The position numbers were made by a program, and so were the translations under genes. Positions 54,001-64,000 of a DNA stretch of 64,000 nt are shown piece after piece (within the stretch, counting starts at the first letter, position 1; each line of letters opens with the position of its first letter). This stretch comes from Trichoplax adhaerens (Eukaryota > Animalia > Placozoa). The stretch covers positions 2,828,152-2,892,151 of the forward strand of contig NW_002060944.1 of NCBI RefSeq assembly GCF_000150275.1, read 5' to 3'. The notes beneath the pieces are model-generated. The model had not been told where the DNA came from. It saw only the letters and a program-made list of their open reading frames with translations, and made no database searches.

Positions 54001-55505
54001 ACACTGTATGTATTAGCCCAACATCAGGAAATACAAAGTAAGGTCCGAGATGAAGCTCGTAAAGTTTTGAAAGAGCATAATTATCAGCTAACATGGGATA
54101 CATTGGATGAATTTGTTTATTTAAATAAAGTCCTTAAAGAATCCTTAAGGTAGAAAATAGCAATCGCTAGTCTTTTATGTACAAGTGTATATAAATCCAA
54201 TTTTTGGCGTATAATGCAAATTTTAAAACTAGATTTCGTAAACAAACACTATATAGTCTCGTTTATATATTTCATCTGAAATGTAATTAGTAATTCTTTT
54301 AATACCTTAGACTGTACTCTCCAGCGCCCTTGTCTGCGCGTGAATGTGTTCAAGATGACGAAATTAAAGGCTATGTTATCCCTAAAGGAACAGTAGTGAT
54401 GATCGTGACACCGCATAGGTAAAAATTTAGCTGCATCAATGACAGATGCAGCTTTTATTGCGGACTTTTCATGAAATTATCATTTTACATTTAAGTCACC
54501 TTCACGTTATTCATACAGCAATATAATTACAATAGGTGGATATGTCGAAGTAATCAATCAGAGCATGTATTATCATAGCTACGGAAAATTACAGTAACTA
54601 AATAAAATTCAGGAGTAAACTACATGCACGTCATAATTAGTACAATCAAGCTCGCCGCTATGCAACTGATCAGTTGCTCTTTGTAATACAGCCCCAAATA
54701 TAGCTTGGATTATGATTGTAAGACTGCACCAGAATAGTAGTACTCGTTTATTGGATTGTATGATTTTGAAGATATCTATTTGTAGCAGAGGTTTACATAC
54801 GTATTGTCGTGATACTATTGAGATGTTTATATTAAGACTTCATGATAGTAATAGATAGCGCTAATTATGTTAGTACTGTGAGAGTTGAATAGTGGTGCTT
54901 TAATTAGACGCGTAAATAATGAATAGCTCGCGCGATGATAAACTGTTATCTCGCGACTTAATTGGCAAGATATGATTGCAATGTGTAAAATTCATTCTGT
55001 AACAAAGGGTATATAAACCGCGAGCTTTCGCTGTAAAAGATATTCCAGAGATAGTCCCTTGGTAGTTATGAGACGAACCTGATCTTATGTAATAATGTGA
55101 AGTTTACAAGAAACTGTAGTTCGTGTTGTATTTTTAAGAAGACACTTTATCACACTCTTGAGTAAATTTAATGACAAAGACCCTATAAACGATAACATCT
55201 ATTATACATGATCTTTCATTAGGTGGGAGAAATATTATGGAGATCCTCTAGAATTTAAGCCTGACCGATGGGATGCTATTGAAGCCGATGATAAGAACTC
55301 AAATTATACTTATATACCATTCTTTATTGGTCCTCGAAATTGCATCGGTAGTAAATTTGCGTTATCCGAAATGAAGTGTGTTCTAGCATTGCTACTAGAT
55401 AGCTTTGTTTTCGATGTTGTTCCTAACATAGAAGTTAAGCGCAGATTAAGGATTACCATGAAACCTAATCCAAACCTTAAACTAAGAATTAGCGTTGCAA
55501 AGTAA
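51024..55505 (+). CDS. Cytochrome P450 (paralogue C), 10 exons
   Basis: Exons approx. 51024-51134, 51467-51546, 51806-51946, 52493-52599, 52926-53164, 53250-53386, 53485-53600, 53977-54149, 54311-54418, 55223-55505. Motifs: LPGP, FMFAGHETT, KESLR, FKPDRW, heme FFIGPRNCIG. Same intron positions as paralogue B. Confidence 0.95.
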
Positions 55506-56096
55506 AGATTTCAATCTGCTCTTGTTATTATTTTATTGCCTGTAAATCTTTGTAGAAGGATAATAGTATCTAAATTCGGGATTTATTGCACTGAAATTAA
55601 ATTCATGTTGATTGCAGTTTATCTTAAAAATTTTTAATCGCGCTTTAAATGTATTGCTCATTAATGTCTATTTACTAATTGTTATGCCATGAATACATAC
55701 AGTATATTGGCTAAACCCAAGACAGGTAATATTGTACTAGTTCTCAGTTCTTAGAGAGACTTTTACAATATATTAAAAGTGGAATTATTAGCCTATTTAC
55801 TAAAATATTATAGATTAAATCCTTCGACGCAGCGATTCTCTTATTATGAACATAGTTATGCCATGAACTACTATAAATTACTACATGGTGACTTCTAATA
55901 GTCCGTAGATATACCAGCTGTACACATGTGTACAGCACATCATGATTACAGCATACGTTCAAATATTAGTAATGCTTTTAGTCCTAGTAATGTAGTAACT
56001 AACGAAAAATAATTTGCAGACAATTATTTTAAGTGACCGATTTTTATAGATTATATGGAATTTAAAGTGTGTGATTAGTACTTACCGTAAGCTTAG

Positions 56097-56134
56097 CCAT
56101 GGATTACTAGAAGGTCTTCTCTAGTAGTCCATGG
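56097..56134. mobile_element. Ultra-short palindromic insertion (CCATGGACTACTAGA family), copy 3
   Basis: ccatggattactaga-aggtcttc-tctagtagtccatgg, flanked by the perfect direct repeat cttag/cttag. Confidence 0.7.
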
Positions 56135-57353
56135 CTTAGCATTCTATGCGGTATGCCGTGCTATCATAAGACACAGCAGCAGTCGCAGCTTTGATGTGTT
56201 ACGAGCATAAATAAATGCTTGCTTTACTATATAAACATCTAGATACGGATTGTAAATTTATAGCTGTTCCAATATGAATTTAAGTTTGCTTTTCAAAGAT
56301 AATAGTGATAGAGGCTAACAACTATATTAGAATATTAGATGATAACCAGGCTTTAAAATTTTATGCAAAATCCACTAGTTGATAATTTGTCAATTTCGAC
56401 GTAGAACAAGTAAATCTAATAATAGTAGCAGATTTACTGTTATTCGGTGAGCGAGACTTAAAATGCTAGTTACTTCAAACAAAACAGACGATATTATTAT
56501 CTCAATAAATCACGATCATGGTGGAGAAAATAAAACGGATCAAAATGCGCCTTAAACACCTAGTATGATCTAAATAAATTTATATAAATATTAATTATAC
56601 TTATTAAAGATAGTATTTTTAGAGGAAAAAAATCGATTATACTTTAACATAGATATAAGGCAGTGTGCGGATTACAATATGTAGATAGATTACATAACCT
56701 ACGATTCTTTGATTGAGCAACCAACATCTACACAATACTCCGCTAGCAAATATAAATATGCGAGAATATAACCTAACGGATACACATTCTGTATGGTCAT
56801 TATTTTTGATGAATAAATTTCTCATCTTAGTGTCTCTAAATATATGTCCAGCTACTTTGAAAGAATAGCATTAGTAATCTACATTTTTGATGAGTAATTC
56901 CAATAGATGAAAGTAGTAAAGAGATAAAGAAGCTACCTCAATTTACTGTACGATTATTTACTCGTTTGACTTTAACACCAATGAAAGACATCAATTTTAT
57001 AAATCCTCATATTCAGTGATAGATATACATAAATTCGATATATGGATTTTGTCGAATAGAACAAGATCCATAGTAACATCTATACCTGCAAGCGTAGGTG
57101 TATATATTTATATTGGAATAATTACCGATACACGATCAAGTATTTGGGCACTTGCATGAAAGTTTCCGCTTTACTATACCCAATTGTACAGGAGTGGGCC
57201 GGACCGTACGAGAGACATTATCATCTATACTTAATAGAACCAATATTTTGTAGTATTATCCATCGAACTTACGGTAAGGTAAGATACTGTACATTGTCAC
57301 AGATATATACAGTATAATTATCGTACTTATTGTACTCACTTATTTCTATGCGA

Positions 57354-57367
57354 GTTTCCATGGCAAC
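57354..57367. promoter_or_regulatory. RFX X-box (GTTTCCATGGCAAC) upstream of LRRIQ3
   Basis: Matches the RFX consensus GTTNCCATGGNAAC, ~370 bp upstream of the predicted LRRIQ3 start. Confidence 0.8.
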
Positions 57368-57734
57368 GCCTATAATAATATAAGCGTTTTCAATACATGT
57401 CGCAATCACTACTTTAGCTGATGTAAAATCTGTAGCAGTGATTTGATCACATTTGCATTTCTACTCGATCGACAAGAGACATTATAGGCTCTGTTTCCTT
57501 CTCAAATATTGTCACTCTATATCTATAAAATTATCATTAAGCTCGATACAAATTTTGTTACAGTATGTACAAATAATCATCCAGAATTATTAGTGTATAA
57601 TGCGGTTGTGAAGAAGATCGATCAAAGTATAATACATATAATTTAGTAAAGAATTAAATCTTAATTTGGTTTATTCTGATTCAATGGGTAACGCTAGGAT
57701 TTAGTCTACTCAGAGATGAATATATCATTTACAC

Positions 57735-60700
57735 ATGCCCCCTAAACAGCAAGTGAGTACATAAAATTTAACTTTGATAGGCCGATTGTTCTTGTTGTCT
57801 CTTTCCTCCATTACCATTTCCGATAAAAATATTCAATCAATTTTGTCTAAACCATGTCTATGATGCTATAATTATCAGTTTTCTGAATTTGATATGTTCT
57901 GTAATAGTTAGGATACAATGAATTATTTCACAAGGAAAGCTAACATTATTGGTGATGACGAGTTTAGACATTATGCTAAACATCGAGAAGAAGGCTCTAT
58001 ACGAGACGCCGAAACTATCGGATACATAAATACCCCAAATGAAGAATTCTTGTTAAAAAATACAATCGATGGATTAAAATTAGATCAAGCGCAGTATTTT
58101 AATCTGCGTAATCGTCGTTTAATCGAAATAGGAAGCTTATATCTATGCGATAATTTGACCGTTTGTATCCTGGCCAACAATTTTATAAGGACATTTGATG
58201 CTCTTATTTATTGCAACAATTTACAAATGTTGGATGTTCATGGCAATCAGGTAAGTAACAACCGTATCTTATGTATTGATATTTTAACCCCATTTTATAT
58301 GTATGCTAGAATAAAAGTGGTACAATTGAATTTGAAGCTTGTATTTTCAGATAAACATGTCAAATTTGATTTATTATGGTAGCCTTTACTACAACTAACG
58401 ATCATGTAGTATTAGTGGCATTAATTTAACTGCGATAACTAATACTTACGTATGTATTTCTTCCAAATTTCATTGCAGATCGTTAATGTGCCATCTGTAG
58501 CTTTCTGGTCTACACTTTCGAAATTATCTGTTATGTTACTACATGATAATGGTATTAGTTCGATGAGTTGTGTAAGAAAAATTGCAAATAGTCCTAATTT
58601 GGCAATTTTGACCTTACATAATACGCCTATAAGTTTAAAACCACACTACAGACACCACGTTGTCAACAGCATTTTCACTCTCAAAGTGCTTGATAATTAT
58701 GTCATCGCGGATGAAGAAATAATTGAAGGTTGCAAATTTACTGACCAATTTTCAACCAAAAATCAGTTTCTTTATTTAAAGACGGAAAGAAACTTTGATC
58801 AGGTTAGTCGCCAAGTTGATGCTGTCCGGTATAATTAATCTATCCAAACTCTTATTTAATAAATTTCCTACGTTTTTAATTGTTTTCTCAAATAAATGAG
58901 TAGATTACAAACGGTGATGAAGCAATAAAGGAAATCAATCTACTCTTATCAAGGGCTAATAAAATTATGGCTAAGAATTCTCCAATACTTATTATTCAAC
59001 GTTATCTTCGAGGCTATTTAGCACGAAAAATACTAAAAGCATACATCAATCATAAAGATACTTCGTAAGTACTCTTATTACTAAATTACTTTACGGCATT
59101 TTTCATAAGTAATGAGGAATTATGAGGCAGCTGTAGGCCTAACTGAATAAACTAGAATATTAAGAAAAATCTCTTCACCTTAATTTATCTTCTAAAATAT
59201 TAGTAATTATTACCGTACTTACATGACAGGCAAAACTAGCAGCTAAATGTCAGATCTTTATTGTTCGTCAGGATTAACATAGAAGACATTATGAACCAAC
59301 ATTTATCGCTGATAGCGGATGCAAACTCATCACAACAAGTATCGACAAATGTGGAACGCCAAATACAGAAAATCCAATCTGAAAAAAGCAATAAGAATAA
59401 GCGATATCTAGATAAAACATATTCTACGGTAAAACACGGTTCAATGAGAATGGGGAAAATTAAAACAAAAAATGTACTTAAAAAATCACAATCCAAAAAA
59501 TCATTAGGAACGGTTTCTGATAATTATTACGCCACTGCTGAATCTCCAATTTTAATTCGACAATTTTCTCCTGCCTTGTCCACGCGCGACAATCAGATCG
59601 TACATTTAGACGATCCTAACTTCAACTATGATCAAGATTTTAATAATAGGGATGAAAGGTTTCATGGACATGAAGATTACTCTTTACCACCAATTCACGA
59701 TGGTCATGGTATTATAAATTCAATGAATTCTAAACAATCCGAAGCAATATCACCCTTAAAAATTAATGTAGACTTACGAGAATTACAAGCACGGGCTGCA
59801 CAATTTACAGAAGAGGAACGTTCAAGTGCTAGCAAGCAATTTAGACTAAGTAGCAGAGAGCTAAGTGCGATTAAGACCGGTAAAGAATTATTGAGCGGTC
59901 TTGAAAGGACTATGAAAAAAGAGAAGGTTGATAAATCCGATAAAGAACGATATTATAGCCCTCTTTCAGACTATAGAATGTCAGTACCTGAGGAAAGTAG
60001 GCCTCCAATTAGTAAAAATAGTAAATTTAGAAATTATAACGAAACTAATGAGAACGATGAATTATTTACTACCCATTTTCGGTTATCCGGTATGAAGGCT
60101 GCCACTACTGCCGTTGACCCTGTAGAAGAGATGATATTAAATAAGCAAGAAACTGCGAAAGATATGCGAGAAGCAAAGGCAATTTATAGGGAAATCATTC
60201 AAGAAAAACGGAAACCTCCTGTTGTTGAGAAACATATTACCCTTAATGGCCAACAAAGACTATATAAAAAATTATACGAAGCGATGAACTTATCCATTCT
60301 ACGAAGTGTTGATCAAGTCCATAAGGACTGGCATAAATCGGAGAAAGCAATACAGAAAATTGATACAATTGCTAATCATCGCTTGCTTCATGATGTTCAA
60401 AAGGAAAGAATTCGACAGTTTCAACGCTACAAAGTGATGATAGCGCGTGAAGGTGGAATACAAGATAAAATAATATCAAGTGATGCATTAAAAATGATGG
60501 AAGAAGAAAGAGAAAGGGAAAATCTAAGAGTTCAATTTGCCAGGCAAGAATTAAATGAGAAAACAAAGCAGAGATTTGAGGAGATGGCTTTAAGTACAGA
60601 TTTTAATTGCCAAGCTACTGCAATTGGTCGGGTCATAAGACAATATGACGGTAAAAAGCATCGTACAGAGATGAAAGATAAGAAAGCAGAAGGTGTAAAA

Positions 60701-60988
60701 GTAAGTCAGGAAAAAGCAATTGAAAAGCGAGAGATGGTTAACAAATACCTAGAGCATAAGCGAATGGTTCAACGCGCTGTAAATCAAGTAGAAAAGAAAA
60801 AAATTAATGGAAAACTATTAGAGGAAGCTAACGATAGAGTAATGCAGGCGCGAGCTAGAGTAACTTATCTTAAACAGCGCCATCGTGTTGCTAGCAATTT
60901 TTGCAAATTGCAGAATACGCTGCTAACATCTGAACAACCCCCTAATGCTGTTTCTAATATGAGCATTGCAATCGATGATCGATCATGA
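57735..60988 (+). CDS. LRRIQ3: Leucine-rich repeat and IQ domain-containing protein 3 (LRRC44)
   Basis: Exons 57735-57752 (tentative), 57912-58250, 58479-58802, 58904-59064, 59272-60988. Contains LRRs (NLTVCILANNFI, NLQMLDVHGNQI, LLHDNGI), LRRcap YRHHVVNSIFTLKVLDNYVIADEE, IQ motif IQRYLRGYLARK and a long coiled-coil C-terminus. Confidence 0.88.
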
Positions 60989-62043
60989 ATAATATAGGTT
61001 ATTTCTAAAGAAAGTTTAAGACTATAATTATATAGTTGTTATTAAATGGGCTTAAATTTAATTTCTGTTGATATATATCTACTCAACGACTGGTGGTTGA
61101 CCAGAATCATGGCCACCTCATTCAATTATACTTAATTATCCAAGATATTACAAATTGCTACAGCATTGCTATCTACGTATCGTAGGGTAGATTGTGTACT
61201 ATGTAATTACCTTAAAAATTCTCTACATTCGATTGTAATTTAATTAATTTACTCTTCTGATATATGAAGCCATGTTAGTATTGGAAAAATTTAAAATTTT
61301 GCCCTGTTCATGTGCTGTAGAAATTCACTCAATATGTATTGTATTTGCCAACAATACTACACTCCATATAACGGCTCTAAAAATTTTGTGAGTACAGTAG
61401 ATTCAGGGTATTTTTTTATTATTATACAGTGGAATATGCAATAATTAATTGTGCAACTGTTTACTGAAGAAAATATCTTGAAGAAAAATTGAAATCTTCG
61501 ACAAGTAATGAACGACATATTTTATTTATAAGTATATCAATACATAATGTAATGTGTTGAAGCGGAAACAGTAAAATCCTACGTTATGTTTTTTAATCTT
61601 AAGAGTTAATATCGTGAGATACTGCAAAAAAAGGCATTTTCAGTATATTAAATAGAGTCAAAAGTAGTTCGCATCACACGTTAAATACAAATCTTTTTCT
61701 GTGATGATGCATAATTTAAAAATAAAAATGACTATATTAAGCAATAGCAAATACGCACTGCATTCTGTACAATCTGAAATTCTTCAAGGTAACGGCCACA
61801 CAGAGCTGATCGGATCAGTATTATTCTGTTAGAGGTGCCTTATAGCATTTGTATTTTATAGGTATAGTTCGGCCGTGATAACAAAAAATTGATATAAATT
61901 TCATATGAAACCAATTTCTGTTCAAAACATCCTACTTATCTGCATGACCTAATAAAATTGTAGATGAGTATTAATAAGTTCAGATATTTGTATTATAAGA
62001 AATAATTGCCCACAGAAACTATCAATAGTTTTGGAAATTATTG

Positions 62044-63534
62044 TTATGAGGCCATTTCCGCTCGAGAGTTGTCTCTTGGTGTTTCTCCATCATTTGATTT
62101 ATCGATAGTGTAGTTGTCATCATTTTGTCTCTGTACTTTTGCATTTAAGATAGCAGTGCTAAATAAGCGGCAATATAATTCCAAGGAAGATAAGCTATCA
62201 TCATTACCAGCAATCGGATAGGTGATAAGATTAGGATTACAATCAGTATCGACAATTCCAATACTTGGTATATTAGCCTGTGCAGATTCTCTTATTGCAT
62301 CCATGTTGTATGGGACACTTAAAAAGATTATTAAATCAGGTAAACGAGGTACTGGTAGTAGTTTATGAGCGTTCGTCAGAATACCACCTCGCCATCTTTG
62401 TATAACGAAAAACTCTTGACATTCTCGTGCTGTCTTTTGTACAAGGTGTTGAAACTGCAAGTAGAATAAAATTGAATTTAATAACATTACTCATTCAATT
62501 TCAACAAAAATCGATGCGAACACGAAGCAGTTGCAACATTTGTATCTTTACTCGTGTACAAATTGTACAGTATAATAGCTGTCGACAGTAATATTGGTAT
62601 AGAAGCCAGCATAAACATTGCGTAAAGTATTTTAGCATGGTTTGACAGCGAAAAAAAGTGTCAAGACTTTATCAACGTTTTTTTACATTCGTAAGGAAAG
62701 TGGAATAGTTTATAGTATTGGTGTGCATGAGAATCATTTATTTCATCGTGAGCGTTATTTTTCTTTACCTGAGGACGACAACAAACGAATAATATCACAC
62801 CTTTGCGATATGCAATATGACTTGTTACATTTAAGGCCAGAAAAAGATGACGATCAGTCTCGTTTAAGTCGATAATATGATTGCCATGTCTATCACCGTA
62901 GATGTATTGCTTCATTAATGGATTCCAAACTCCAGTTTTATGGCCTAAATGTACGCCGGCGTCGAATAACGATTTGATACTGTAAAGCTGACGTACATCA
63001 AAAAAATCTTTGTGGGCTAGTGGATTGATACCTATAACAATAGATATAGATGAGAAGAAATATATAAGAATATGAACCGATATCATTATTAACTATTACC
63101 AATTTCTATTCTCGACTGTCATAACTACAAGGCTGATTTGCAGAAGAGAATGTACGTATGCCCACACGCTTACACGTTAACAGTTAACAACTTCACTATG
63201 CATTATTACAGCTACACATGTTACAGCTAGAGCTCAACAATCCCTTATTACTACAAACTACTGACAAATAGTCATAAAAGAAATAAAAATGATTGCGATA
63301 AGATTCTGGAGGAGAAAGTCCCTGACGATGTCAGAATCCATTTTTGCAAGCATCAAGGCAAATGAAGTTACCTGAGGGCTTACTTTCTGCCTTATCCAGT
63401 TTCCATGTAGTAGTAGAAAAGAGACATGATTGCCTATATAGCGTATTTCTACATGTCCACTGATTAGAATGGCAAACAAATGAGTTCCATTTCTGCAGCA
63501 CTTGTCTAATCTTGGTACTCTTGTGCAACGCCAT
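62044..63534 (-). CDS. MRPS2: Mitochondrial ribosomal protein S2 (uS2m)
   Basis: Exons 63534-63372 (transit-peptide-like MALHKSTKIRQ...), 63031-62769 (LFDAGVHLGHKTGVWNPLMKQYIYGDR...IIDL) and 62454-62044 (RWRGGILTN...RLPDLIIFL...NIPSIGIVDTDCNPNLITYPIAGNDDS) carry the S2 signatures. Confidence 0.95.
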
Positions 63535-63640
63535 GATTCTATTTACTCTATACCATTTAGAGGACCTCAATTTCCTTCAACTTTATGCAAGCAACAGCAT
63601 GGCTTACGCTGCGGCCAACGTGATCAAGGGCAGCACACAC

Positions 63641-63882
63641 TACAGACCCTCATAGAGACCCTTATGGAGACCCTTATAGAGACCCTTATAGAGACCCTTA
63701 TAGAGACCTTTATAGAGACCCTTATAGAGATCCTTATAGAGACCCTTATAGAGACCCTTATAGAGACCCTTATAGAGACCCTTATAGAGACCCTTTTTAT
63801 AGAGACCCTTATAGAGACCCTTATAGAGACCCTTATAGAGACCCTTATAGAGACCCTTATAGAGACCCTATGAGGGTCTCTA
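63641..63882. mobile_element. hAT-type MITE (242 bp) filled with 12-bp tandem repeats
   Basis: 15-bp TIRs tacagaccctcatag (63641-63655) and ctatgagggtctcta (63868-63882), 14/15 match. Perfect 8-bp TSD gcacacac (63633-63640 and 63883-63890). The interior is ~18 copies of tagagaccctta. Confidence 0.85.
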
Positions 63883-63894
63883 GCACACACTGCG

Positions 63895-64000
63895 CAGTAC
63901 TGTACTGTACGGCTTGACACCCATCATACTACAGTGTACTGTAGGGTACAGTACAAGACAGAGGGCTGTACGGTACACTGTACAGTACACTGTAGCCGAT
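63895..64000. repeat. TACAG/CTGTA pentamer low-complexity repeat upstream of MRPS2
   Basis: cagtactgtactgtac...tacagtgtactgta...gtacactgtacagtacactgta; same motif as 36615-37865. Confidence 0.75.

Noticed and set aside
22919-56440. Several 9-10 bp hairpins (~22919, ~42161, ~54429, ~56409) and 13-15 bp dispersed direct matches
   Set aside because: Lengths are within what is plausible by chance in 64 kb of AT-rich DNA.
57000-57370. Minus-strand ATG inside the X-box (METRIEI|gtgagt) spliced to 57085
   Set aside because: Gives only ~30 aa with no features. The ATG is part of the X-box palindrome; at most a divergent non-coding transcript.
59236-60566. Antisense ORFs within LRRIQ3 (and similar ones within the CYP, RGS and MRPS2 genes)
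   Set aside because: Shadow ORFs opposite real exons.
63502-63920. ORFs with (LIET)n and (RVSI)n repeats
   Set aside because: Products of the 12-bp tandem repeat inside the MITE.

Overview
AT-rich, intron-containing animal genomic DNA. Compact GT-AG introns and gene content suggest an early-branching metazoan, most likely a placozoan such as Trichoplax (inference, not verified). Manual splicing gives, in order: the 3' end of UBXN6 (+); a minimal RGS-domain gene (-) that the ORF track misses; two secreted-precursor genes (+) in a gene-poor stretch; three cytochrome P450 paralogues (one -, two +); a secreted precursor with an acidic propiece and Arg-rich tail lying inside the P450 cluster; LRRIQ3 (+) with a consensus RFX X-box; and MRPS2 (-). 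Main highlights: (1) a neuropeptide-like prohormone at 28391-30477 built from six symmetric phase-2 micro-exons of 12-33 nt, encoding dibasic-flanked Trp-terminal peptides (SGFPW, DQNPTEGPPFLW); (2) an antimicrobial/neuropeptide-like precursor at 45801-47648 whose C-terminus comes from tandem-duplicated cationic exons, some degenerate or alternative; (3) a family of ~40-bp palindromic insertions with 5-bp target duplications; (4) a hAT-type MITE made almost entirely of copies of its own terminal repeat. Most short ORFs in the supplied track are spurious or are exon fragments read through into introns. All gene models are by-eye splice reconstructions without expression data.
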